From assembly GCA_051876105.1 (NCBI GenBank), contig JBJEHN010000045.1, positions 13,010 to 77,009 of the forward strand: a stretch of 64,000 bases of DNA. Reading direction: 5' to 3'. The notes below the pieces were generated by a model, which had not been told where the DNA came from, did not search any database, and saw only the letters and a list, made by a program, of their open reading frames with translations. This document shows, one piece after another, positions 9,096-16,838 of this stretch. The position numbers were made by a program, and so were the translations under genes. The DNA comes from Coriobacteriales bacterium (GTDB taxonomy: Bacteria > Actinomycetota > Coriobacteriia > Coriobacteriales > QAMH01). How positions within the stretch are numbered: the first letter of the stretch is position 1; each line of letters starts with the position of its first letter.

Positions 9096-9758
9096 GTGAT
9101 GCCGCTGGAGAACCAACTCGCGGAAGCCACCCTGCAGCAGCCCACCCACAACGGCGAGCTTGCTGGAGCGGCAAGCGCTGGCGGGACTGTCGCCACAAGC
9201 GACGACGCCGCCCTGCACCTCGATGAACAGCACCTGGTGCTAGAGCGCTTGCTTGCAGCCCACGAGGCATGGTTCGACGTGACTCGGGAGTACGAGTACG
9301 CCGGACACCGCTTTGAGGGCTATGCAGAGTTTCACTCCTACGGAGAGAAGTACGTGTTCTCCAAGAAGAGGAAGCTCTGGGAGGTCGAAGCCCACGAGTA
9401 CCTGTTCTTCAAGCTGATCAACCGGCTGGATGAGGCGACTTTCCTCGATTACCTCGAGTTCATGAAGACCGAGGCCGTCAAGAAGGCCAACCCCGGACCC
9501 AACCACATGACCAGCTACATCTCCCTGGTGCTCATCGCCCGGGAGGTGGAGCGCGGTGCAGGCAGGACCCTGCGCAAGACTTCGTATCACAAGACCTTCA
9601 AGATGGGCTTCCACGGGTATGCGGAGCTCCGCCTCTGCGTGGTCGACCTTGCCGGGCAGCAGGTACTGACAAACGCCATGGGCAAGAGCATGAAGAAGGC
9701 GTTGGAGGAGAACGCCGGCTTCGGCGCCCGTGGCACCGGAAAGACATCAAGGAGGTAA
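9096..9758 (+). CDS. Hypothetical protein (220 aa), translationally close to cstA
   Basis: GTG 9096/ATG 9099. No motif I can assign. The stop is 5 bp before the cstA start. Third-position G/C is somewhat lower than in neighbouring genes. Confidence 0.55.
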   Translation: MMPLENQLAEATLQQPTHNGELAGAASAGGTVATSDDAALHLDEQHLVLERLLAAHEAWFDVTREYEYAGHRFEGYAEFHSYGEKYVFSKKRKLWEVEAHEYLFFKLINRLDEATFLDYLEFMKTEAVKKANPGPNHMTSYISLVLIAREVERGAGRTLRKTSYHKTFKMGFHGYAELRLCVVDLAGQQVLTNAMGKSMKKALEENAGFGARGTGKTSRR

Positions 9759-9763
9759 ACCGC

Positions 9764-11548
9764 ATGAACGCCCTGATCCTTCTGCTGATCGCAGTTGTGG
9801 TTCTCGTCTGCGGCTACGTCTTCTACGGTGGCTGGCTGGCCAAGCAGTGGGGAGTCGACGACTCCAACATCACCCCGGCCCACACCATGGAAGACGGCGT
9901 TGACTACGTCCCCGCTAAGCCGTATGTGGTCATCGGACACCATTTCTCTTCCATCGCCGGCGCAGGCCCCATCAACGGTCCCATCCAGGCAGCCATCTTC
10001 GGCTGGGTTCCCGTTGCCCTGTGGGTCCTCATCGGCGGCATCTTCATCGGCGCGATGCATGACTTCGGCGCCCTGTTCGCATCCCTGCGCAACAAGGGCC
10101 AGACGCTTGCAGCCGTCGTCGAGAAGAACATCGACCCCGTTGCCAAGAAGCTCTTCTGCGTCTTCGCATTCCTGACCCTGGTGCTGGTCGTCGCTGCCTT
10201 CGCCTCCATCGTGGCGGGCACCTTCAATGCCTTCACCGTCGACGCCGTCACCGGCGAGATCAAGGAGAACCTGGCCAACGAGCGCACCGCGATGATCTCT
10301 GTCCTGTTCATCATCGCTGCCATCATCTGGGGCCTCGTCACCCGTGGCCGTCAGATCCCCGGCTACGTCAACATCCCCTGCGCCATCATCGTGATCGTGG
10401 TCATCGTGGCCATCGGCTACAACTTCCCGCTGATCAAGCTGGGCACCAACACCTGGATGTACATCATCGGCCTCTACATCCTGGTCGCCTCCGTGGCGCC
10501 GGTGTGGATCCTGCTCCAGCCTCGCGACTACCTGTCCAGCTACCTGCTGTACGGCATGATCCTGCTGGCCGTCATCGGCATCGTGGGCGCCACCATCTTC
10601 GGCAACACCTCCTTCGGCGACATGCCGGCCTTCACCGCATTCGACACCACGGCCCTGTACCCGGACGCCAAGGTGCTCTCCGGCCGCGGCCTGCTGTTCC
10701 CCATGCTCTTCGTGACCATCGCGTGCGGCGCCATCTCCGGCTTCCACTCCCTGGTCTCCTCCGGCACCACCTCCAAGCAGCTTGACAAGGAGTCCCAGGC
10801 CAAGCCCATCGCCTACGGCGGCATGCTGCTCGAGTGCCTGCTGGCCATCATCTCCCTGTGCGCCGTCGCCTACGTGTGGAACGGCGTCACCGCAGGCCAG
10901 TTCGCCACCCCGACCCAGATCTTCGCCGGCGGCCTCTCTTCCATGCTCGGCGTCATCCCCGGCCTGGGTGCCATCGCCGGCGAGGCTGGCTCCATCGCCT
11001 ACTCCCTGCTGATCCTGGCCGTCTCCGCCTTCTGCCTGACCTCCCTGGACACCGCGACCCGTATCGGCCGCATGATGTTCCAGGAGCTCTTCATGGGCGC
11101 CGACGAGACCCCCGCAACCGTCGACGGTTGGAAGAAGGTCGTGTGCAACCCCTATGTGGCCACCGTCATCACCGTGTTCCTGGGCGTCGCCCTGGGCATG
11201 ACCGGCTACGCCTACATCTGGCCGCTGTTCGGCGCTGCCAACCAGCTGCTCGCCGCGCTGGCCCTGCTGGCCGTCTGCTCCTTCCTGGGCAACATCGGCC
11301 GCAACAACAAGATGTTCTACGTGCCCATGATCTTCATGCTGCTGGTCACGCTGACCTCCCTGGTTCTCACCATGAAGGCCAAGCTGACCCTCATCACCAC
11401 CCCGGGCGCCATCGCCTCGCTCACCACCCCGGCATGGGCAACCTACGTCCAGCTGCTGCTTGCCGTCGTGCTCTTCGTGCTGGCTATCGTGCTGGCTGTC
11501 CGCGCCTGCAAGCACATCTTCGGCAAGAAGGCTCAGCCCGCTGCTTAA
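9764..11548 (+). CDS. cstA: Carbon starvation protein A (peptide/pyruvate transporter)
   Basis: N-terminal VIGHHFSSIAGAGPINGPIQAA and GAMHDF motifs. 594-aa polytopic protein. Confidence 0.9.
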   Translation: MNALILLLIAVVVLVCGYVFYGGWLAKQWGVDDSNITPAHTMEDGVDYVPAKPYVVIGHHFSSIAGAGPINGPIQAAIFGWVPVALWVLIGGIFIGAMHDFGALFASLRNKGQTLAAVVEKNIDPVAKKLFCVFAFLTLVLVVAAFASIVAGTFNAFTVDAVTGEIKENLANERTAMISVLFIIAAIIWGLVTRGRQIPGYVNIPCAIIVIVVIVAIGYNFPLIKLGTNTWMYIIGLYILVASVAPVWILLQPRDYLSSYLLYGMILLAVIGIVGATIFGNTSFGDMPAFTAFDTTALYPDAKVLSGRGLLFPMLFVTIACGAISGFHSLVSSGTTSKQLDKESQAKPIAYGGMLLECLLAIISLCAVAYVWNGVTAGQFATPTQIFAGGLSSMLGVIPGLGAIAGEAGSIAYSLLILAVSAFCLTSLDTATRIGRMMFQELFMGADETPATVDGWKKVVCNPYVATVITVFLGVALGMTGYAYIWPLFGAANQLLAALALLAVCSFLGNIGRNNKMFYVPMIFMLLVTLTSLVLTMKAKLTLITTPGAIASLTTPAWATYVQLLLAVVLFVLAIVLAVRACKHIFGKKAQPAA

Positions 11549-11615
11549 GCGCCTCTTGAGCTGAGCGGTTGCCTGCGCGCCCGCCTGCCGACGAGCCCCA
11601 AGAGAGCTCACCTGC

Positions 11616-11645
11616 GTGCCCCTTCTCCCCGCGGAGGAGGGGCAC
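11616..11645 (+). terminator. Hairpin downstream of cstA (terminator-like, no U-tract)
   Basis: GTGCCCCTTCTCC / GGAGGAGGGGCAC, 13-bp stem with 1 mismatch and a 4-nt loop. Confidence 0.35.
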
Positions 11646-11750
11646 GCTGCTGCTTGGGGGCGCGGTGGCGCGATGCCGCGCGAGGCAACGGGGCGCTGTT
11701 GCCTGGGGGTGCGCAGGGCCGCGCATCGCAGGGCGCGCTGCTGCCTGCGC

Positions 11751-11756
11751 TACAAT
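11751..11756 (+). promoter_or_regulatory. -10 box TACAAT placed for a leaderless transcript starting at ATG 11764
   Basis: TACAAT ends 7 nt before the A of ATG 11764, and there is no SD in between. Confidence 0.35.
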
Positions 11757-11763
11757 CCCACGC

Positions 11764-12729
11764 ATGCACGAGAACACCCGACATCCAGACACCCCCACCC
11801 AGCAAGGCATTCCTGGCGATGCGAACGCGGCACCAGGCGGCCAACCCGCCACGCAGGGAATGCCTGGCCTTGGCGAAGCCTCTTCTCCTAGCCAAACCGT
11901 GACCCAGGGAATTCCTGGAGTCGAAAAACCTGCAGGGAAAGACGAAGCGGCGACCCAGGGAATTCCTGGCGATGCGAACGCGGCACCAGGCGGCCAACCC
12001 GCCACGCAGGGAATGCCTGGCCTTGGCGAAGCCTCTTCTCCTAGCCAAACCGTGACCCAGGGAATTCCTGGAGTCGAAAAACCTGCAGGGAAAGACGAAG
12101 CGGCGACTCAGGGAATTCCTGGCGATGCGAACGCGGCGGAAAGCAACGGAAATGCCACGCAGGGAATTCCTGGCGGTGCGACCGCACCGGAAAGCAACGG
12201 AAATGCCACGCAGGGAATGCCTGGCGACCTGCTGAAGACGCCGCCGGCGGCATCGAGCGCGGCGGTGCGCAAGAGCATGCAGGGCAACAAGCGCGCCAAC
12301 ACCAAGCCGGAGCTCGCGGTGCGCCAGATGCTGCGCAAGATGGGCTACGCGGGCTACCGCCTGCAGTGGAAGAAGTGCCCCGGCCGGCCGGACATCGCCT
12401 TCCCCGGGCGCAAGATCGCCATCAACGTCAACGGCTGCTTCTGGCACCGCTGCCCGCACTGTCAGCTGGGCAAGCCGCGCAAGCACGCCGAGTACTGGGA
12501 GGCCAAGTTCGCCAGCAACACCGCGCGTGACGAGCGCAACCAGCGCTTGGCCGCGGCCCAGGGATGGCATGTGATCACGGTGTGGGAGTGTCAGCTGAAG
12601 AAGAAGCGCCTGCCCCAGACCGAGGCCTACCTTTACCACACGCTGCGGTTGTATGATGAAGGTCCGGCGGGGGATGCCGCCATCCAGCGCATCAACCGCA
12701 AGAGAAAAGCCCGCCGCCGCGGGCGCTAG
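11764..12729 (+). CDS. vsr: Very-short-patch-repair endonuclease Vsr, possibly with a repeat-rich N-terminal extension (alternative start ATG 12217 gives a 170-aa Vsr)
   Basis: The core aligns with E. coli Vsr: RKSMQGNKRANTKPE, CPGRPDIAF, NVNGCFWHRCPHC, ITVWECQL. The start codon is ambiguous. Confidence 0.7.
   Translation: MHENTRHPDTPTQQGIPGDANAAPGGQPATQGMPGLGEASSPSQTVTQGIPGVEKPAGKDEAATQGIPGDANAAPGGQPATQGMPGLGEASSPSQTVTQGIPGVEKPAGKDEAATQGIPGDANAAESNGNATQGIPGGATAPESNGNATQGMPGDLLKTPPAASSAAVRKSMQGNKRANTKPELAVRQMLRKMGYAGYRLQWKKCPGRPDIAFPGRKIAINVNGCFWHRCPHCQLGKPRKHAEYWEAKFASNTARDERNQRLAAAQGWHVITVWECQLKKKRLPQTEAYLYHTLRLYDEGPAGDAAIQRINRKRKARRRGR
11797..12258 (+). repeat. Tandem array of nine 51-bp units (17 aa, TQG[IM]PG + 11). 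Units 1-3 are re-duplicated as units 4-6 (153-bp copies)
   Basis: Each unit starts ACNCAGGGAATKCCTGG. The 153-bp copies at 11811 and 11964 differ at one base. 14 CCWGG and 5 GAATTC sites. Confidence 0.9.
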
Positions 12730-12745
12730 ACACCAGGAGGTGCCC

Positions 12746-12943
12746 ATGAAGATCAGACTCAACGAAGACGCCGCGTTCGTGGCAAAGATCCGCAAGGGCC
12801 TGCTGGCTCGCGAGCTGCACTGCCCCTGCAAGCTGCCGCTCACAGAGGAGAACGTCTGCATGTGCGAGGAGTTCCGCGAGCAGGTCGCCGACCCCGAGTT
12901 CGAGGGCTACTGCCATTGCCGCCTCTACTTCAAGGAGAAGTAG
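12746..12943 (+). CDS. Small ferredoxin-thioredoxin reductase catalytic-subunit-like protein (65 aa)
   Basis: CPC...CMC...CHC cysteine pairs as in the FTR beta family. AGGAGG RBS before ATG 12746. Confidence 0.55.
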   Translation: MKIRLNEDAAFVAKIRKGLLARELHCPCKLPLTEENVCMCEEFREQVADPEFEGYCHCRLYFKEK

Positions 12944-12951
12944 GGCTTACA

Positions 12952-13095
12952 TCACTTCTTGAGGAGACGGCCGCCGCTCACTATGCAGCCGACGCCCACC
13001 ACCAGCCCGGTGACGATGGTGACAACGCCCATGGCGATGTTCAGCCCGCCGATGCGGTGGATGGACCTCTGCGCCCTGCCCAGCTCTGTGCTCAT
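12952..13095 (-). CDS. Candidate small membrane protein (47 aa, MSTELGRAQRSIHRIGGLNIAMGVVTIVTGLVVGVGCIVSGGRLLKK)
   Basis: Below the track size cutoff. GAGGGAGG RBS 5 nt upstream of ATG 13095. One predicted TM helix, high third-position G/C, 55 bp downstream of birA. Confidence 0.4.
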   Translation of the reverse strand: MSTELGRAQRSIHRIGGLNIAMGVVTIVTGLVVGVGCIVSGGRLLKK

Positions 13096-13149
13096 GCGCA
13101 CCTCCCTCGAGTGAAAACCTGTTGCAACCGTTGTAACACAGCCTCGCGC

Positions 13150-14130
13150 CTACAGCTGCGAGGAGGGGATGTGCACCTCGCCGTGGCTCAAGGCCCGCTG
13201 GCTGCCGTCTTCCAGCTGCACTTGCAAGGTGAGGTCGTCGTTGACGCCCAGCACAAGCGCGCGGAAGCGCTCGCGCCCCTGCTCGACCGTCACGCTGCGC
13301 CCGTCGAGCAGGCTGCGGCGGCGGTACTCCTCCAGGTGCGGCTTGGCGGGGATGCCCTCGGCGCCTTCTGCCAGCAGGCTCGCCGCGCGCGCGGCCAGGC
13401 GCGCCCTGCCGTCGCCGGCGTCCGGGTTGCCCTCGCACAGCGCCTGCGCCACCTGCGCGACCTCCCCGGGAAAGCCCCCTTCCGGCGCCGTGACGTTGAC
13501 GCCTATCCCCACCACGATGTAGTCGATGCCGCCGCTTTCCGGCAGGATCGAGGCCTCGGTGAGGATGCCGCAGCACTTGCGCCCCTTGGCGAAGACGTCG
13601 TTCACCCACTTGATCTGGACAGGGGTGGAGAAGACCTCCTCGATGGCCTGGGCCGTGCAAACGGCGGCGAAGCTGGTGACTGCCGTGATGTCTGCGAGCT
13701 GGAAGCTGGGGCGCAAGACCACGCTGAAGTAGACCCCGCTGCCGGCGGGGGAGTAGAAGGGGCGGCCCTGGCGCCCGCGGCCGGCGGTCTGGCGGTCTGC
13801 CACCACCAGCGTGCCGGCAGCGCAGCCCTGCGCGGCGAGCTCCTTGGCGCGGTTGTTGGTGGAGTCGATGGAGCTGTGGAACTCGACCGAGCTGATAGCG
13901 CTGCTGCAGTAACGCTGCACGCTGGCTGCCGAGAGGATCGAGCAGCCGGCGGCCAGGCGGTAGCCCTTCTTGGTGACACCCTCGATGGCGTAGCCTTGGG
14001 CCTCCAGCGCCTTGATGGCCTTCCAGACCGCGTTGCGGCTCACCCCCAGCTGCTGCGCCAGGGCCTCGCCGGATTGAAACGCGCCCTTGCCCTGCTCAAG
14101 GCAGGTCAGCACATCGTCCTTAACGCCCAC
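13150..14130 (-). CDS. birA: Bifunctional biotin-[acetyl-CoA-carboxylase] ligase / biotin operon repressor BirA
   Basis: N-terminal HTH (LAQQLGVSRNAVWKAIKALE) plus ligase motif QTAGRGRQGRPF. GTG 14130 has an AAGGAGG RBS. The longer ORF runs into a palindromic repeat. Confidence 0.85.
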   Translation of the reverse strand: MGVKDDVLTCLEQGKGAFQSGEALAQQLGVSRNAVWKAIKALEAQGYAIEGVTKKGYRLAAGCSILSAASVQRYCSSAISSVEFHSSIDSTNNRAKELAAQGCAAGTLVVADRQTAGRGRQGRPFYSPAGSGVYFSVVLRPSFQLADITAVTSFAAVCTAQAIEEVFSTPVQIKWVNDVFAKGRKCCGILTEASILPESGGIDYIVVGIGVNVTAPEGGFPGEVAQVAQALCEGNPDAGDGRARLAARAASLLAEGAEGIPAKPHLEEYRRRSLLDGRSVTVEQGRERFRALVLGVNDDLTLQVQLEDGSQRALSHGEVHIPSSQL

Positions 14131-14154
14131 GGCGTCCCTCCTTGCTTGCTCGAA

Positions 14155-14286
14155 CTGTCCAAAACAGGGGGTTAGGCGGCGTTTGCTGTCCAAAAAGCCC
14201 CCTTAGGCGGCGTTCGTAAAAGTATAGACGCCGCCTAACCCTGCATCTTGGACGCCAAACGCCGCCTAACCCCCTGTTTTGGACAG
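14155..14286. repeat. 132-bp nested palindromic element with 31-bp perfect terminal inverted repeats
   Basis: CTGTCCAAAACAGGGGGTTAGGCGGCGTTTG (14155-14185) is the exact reverse complement of 14256-14286. An inner pair TTAGGCGGCG/CGCCGCCTAA sits at 14204-14213 and 14229-14238. Confidence 0.75.
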
Positions 14287-14314
14287 CGCACCGGCAGACG
14301 GGGTGCCGCGGCCG

Positions 14315-14893
14315 CTACTTCCAGCCCAAGGCCTTGCGCACAGCGCCTGCCACCACCACGGCGATGACGGCCTTGACGCAGTCTACGAGGATGAAGGGCA
14401 GCACCATGATGGCGAAGGCCTCGGCCGGGCTCACGTTGGCGAAGAACACGTACCACACCAGGCCCAGGGCGTCTGCGATCACCATGTAGACGACGGCCGC
14501 CACCACGTCCGCGGCCACGGCGGGCAGCTTGACCTTGAGCAGCAGCGCCCTGAGGGCCGCGCCTGCCACCGAGCCCACCAGGAAGCCCGCCAGAAAGCCT
14601 GTGGAGGCGCGCACGATGCCGCCGGTCATCCCGCTGAAGACGGGCAGCCCCACCGCGCCCATGACCAGGTAGGCGCCCACGGCCACGGCGGCCTCGCGCG
14701 GGCTGCACAGCAAGGCGATGAGGATGACCACGGCGGTCTGCAGCGTGAAGGGCACCGGCCCGATGGGGATGGTGACAAAGCAGCTCACGATGAGCAGCGC
14801 TACCAAGAGCGCGCACTTGGCGATGGCCTGCGTGCGGGAGGGGGAGGGGGAGGGGGAGGGGGAGGGGGTGCTGGTGCTGTGCTGCGTGCTCAT
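14315..14893 (-). CDS. bioY: Biotin transporter S-component BioY
   Basis: PIGPVPFTLQT and GLPVFSG motifs typical of BioY. The N-terminus carries a (Pro-Ser)6 tract. Confidence 0.85.
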   Translation of the reverse strand: MSTQHSTSTPSPSPSPSPSRTQAIAKCALLVALLIVSCFVTIPIGPVPFTLQTAVVILIALLCSPREAAVAVGAYLVMGAVGLPVFSGMTGGIVRASTGFLAGFLVGSVAGAALRALLLKVKLPAVAADVVAAVVYMVIADALGLVWYVFFANVSPAEAFAIMVLPFILVDCVKAVIAVVVAGAVRKALGWK

Positions 14894-14939
14894 GGTGCTC
14901 CTTGCTCTCTGATCGTGCGTGACTGCGGCAGTCTAGCGC

Positions 14940-14974
14940 AATTGTCACCTCAAAGTATTAACAGGGTGACAATT
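14940..14974. promoter_or_regulatory. Putative BirA operator upstream of bioY-birA
   Basis: AATTGTCACC-N15-GGTGACAATT is a perfect 10-bp inverted repeat with an AT-rich spacer, 47-81 bp upstream of the bioY start. It overlaps a candidate minus-strand -10 (TAATAC). Confidence 0.55.
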
Positions 14975-15070
14975 CTGCGCAAGCGGGGCGCGCCTGCATC
15001 CCGCCGCCCAGCACGGGGCCTTGGGCGGAAGGGGAGGCCCGCGGCGCGGCGCCGGGCAGGTGCCAGCAGC

Positions 15071-15076
15071 TAGAAT
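15071..15076 (+). promoter_or_regulatory. Candidate -10 box (TAGAAT) for pta
   Basis: Best -10 match in the 250-bp region upstream of pta. No clear -35. Confidence 0.3.
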
Positions 15077-15144
15077 CCCCTGCATCCCACAAGAGCATGC
15101 GCCCGCCGCCGCGGGCATCGCACCCTACAGATTGAGGAGCCACC

Positions 15145-16140
15145 ATGAGCGACTTCTTGCCCCGCATCATCGAGCGCGCCAAGCGCGACATCCAGACCAT
15201 CGTCTTCCCCGAGGGCGCGGATAGCCGCGTCGTCGAGGCGGCCCGCGCCATCACCGACCAGGGCATCGCCCGCTGCGTGGTGCTTGGCAGCCAGGAGGAG
15301 CTCGCCGCGCACGGCGTCTCGCTCGAGGGCATCCAGACCGTCGACCCCGCGCTCAGCGCAGACGCCCCCCGCTACGCGGAGAAGCTCGCCGAGCTGCGCG
15401 CCAAGAAGGGCATGACCCTCGAGCAGGCCGCAGAGCTCGTCAAGGACGTCACCACCTACGGCGTCATGATGGTGTACTTCGGCGATGCAGACGGCATGGT
15501 CTCCGGCGCCTGTCACTCCACGGCAGATACCCTGCGCCCCTGCCTGCAGATCCTCAAGACCGCCCCGGGCGTCAAGCTCGTGAGCTCGTCCTTCGTCATG
15601 GACGTGCCCGAGTGCGAGCTCGGTGACGGCGGCCTGTTCGTCTTCGGCGACTGCGCGCTCAACCTCTACCCCAGCGCCGACGAGCTGGCAGAGATCGCCG
15701 TTGCCTCCGCCCGCACCTTCGCAGACCTCTGCGGCGGCGAGCCTCGCGTGGCCATGCTGAGCTTCAGCACGCAGGGCTCTGGCAAGGGCGAGGGCCCCGC
15801 CGCTGTGCGCGAGGCGGCCGAGCTCGCCCGCCAGAAGGCCCCCGGCCTGCTCGTCGACGGCGAGCTCCAGGCAGATGCCGCCATCGTCGCCAGCGTGGGC
15901 GCCTCCAAGGCCCCCGGCTCCGCAGTTGCCGGCAGCGCCAACGTGCTGATCTTCCCCAACATCGACGCGGGCAACATCGGCTACAAGCTGGTGCAGCGCC
16001 TGGCCAAGGCCGAGGCCTACGGCCCTGTCATGCAGGGACTGGCCAAGCCGGTCAGCGACCTCTCGCGCGGCTGCTCCGTGGCCGACATCGTGGGCACCTG
16101 CGCCATCACCTGCGTCCAGGCCATAGCCGCCAAGGCCTAA
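15145..16140 (+). CDS. pta: Phosphate acetyltransferase
   Basis: 331-aa PTA_PTB family protein with IVFPEG, GMVSGA.HSTADTLRP and NVLIFP motifs. Confidence 0.9.
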   Translation: MSDFLPRIIERAKRDIQTIVFPEGADSRVVEAARAITDQGIARCVVLGSQEELAAHGVSLEGIQTVDPALSADAPRYAEKLAELRAKKGMTLEQAAELVKDVTTYGVMMVYFGDADGMVSGACHSTADTLRPCLQILKTAPGVKLVSSSFVMDVPECELGDGGLFVFGDCALNLYPSADELAEIAVASARTFADLCGGEPRVAMLSFSTQGSGKGEGPAAVREAAELARQKAPGLLVDGELQADAAIVASVGASKAPGSAVAGSANVLIFPNIDAGNIGYKLVQRLAKAEAYGPVMQGLAKPVSDLSRGCSVADIVGTCAITCVQAIAAKA

Positions 16141-16172
16141 GCGCGCAAAAGAATCGCCGATTTTCTTGCAAA

Positions 16173-16220
16173 AACCCGCCCCAGCCTGCAAAAGCGCAGG
16201 TCGGGGCGGGTTTCTGGTTT
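16173..16220 (+). terminator. Rho-independent terminator after pta
   Basis: AACCCGCCCCAGCCTGC...GCAGGTCGGGGCGGGTT stem followed by TCTGGTTT. Confidence 0.7.
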
Positions 16221-16243
16221 AGATACACCCGGGGCCGTGGCGT

Positions 16244-16272
16244 TTGACAACCCCAAAGGGGGAGAGTAATTT
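16244..16272 (+). promoter_or_regulatory. Candidate str-operon promoter (TTGACA-17-TAATTT)
   Basis: Consensus -35, 17-nt spacer and AT-rich -10. Leaves an approx. 160-nt leader before rpsL. Confidence 0.45.
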
Positions 16273-16441
16273 ATCCAGTCGCGTCTCCAGGACCTGGGGA
16301 CTGCTACGCCCTCGAACCTCGGTTGTCGGGCTCCGCGTGAGCCGCAGCAACCCGCGCTCAGGCGGAACCTGACAAGCGTTCAAGGGCGGCCCCCGCAGAA
16401 GGGGGCGGTAACTGTAAGAGGTAGCAAGAAAGGATACTACA

Positions 16442-16822
16442 TTGCCTACCATTAACCAGCTGGTCCGCAAGGGCCGCAAGCGCGCTGTGGACCAGTCCAA
16501 GTCTCCCGCGCTCAAGGGCAACCCGCAGAAGCGCGGCGTTTGCACCCGCGTCTACACCGCAACCCCCAAGAAGCCGAACTCCGCTCTCCGCAAGGTCGCG
16601 CGTGTCCGCCTCGTCAACGGCATGGAAGTCACCGCTTACATCCCCGGTGAGGGCCACAACCTCCAGGAGCACTCCATGGTGCTGCTCCGTGGCGGCCGTA
16701 CCAAGGACCTCCCCGGTGTCCGCTACAAGATCATCCGCGGCACCCTCGACGCCGCTGCGGTCAACAACCGCGCACAGGCCCGTTCCCGCTATGGCGCCAA
16801 GCGCCCCAAGGATAAGAAGTAA
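16442..16822 (+). CDS. rpsL: 30S ribosomal protein S12 (TTG start)
   Basis: [11 protein letters not shown]...[10 protein letters not shown]. Confidence 0.95.
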   Translation: MPTINQLVRKGRKRAVDQSKSPALKGNPQKRGVCTRVYTATPKKPNSALRKVARVRLVNGMEVTAYIPGEGHNLQEHSMVLLRGGRTKDLPGVRYKIIRGTLDAAAVNNRAQARSRYGAKRPKDKK

Positions 16823-16838
16823 GGGAGGTATCTAGAAC

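Noticed and set aside
11569-11763. Upstream extension of the vsr ORF to ATG 11569
   Set aside because: It would read through the cstA terminator-like hairpin and a GC-rich low-complexity segment. A TACAAT box directly precedes ATG 11764.
11797-12258. Repeat/variable-spacer periodicity that superficially resembles a CRISPR array
   Set aside because: The conserved core is only about 17 bp and the period is 51 bp. The 'spacers' are themselves duplicated (units 1-3 equal units 4-6). No cas genes or leader are present, and one frame is open throughout.
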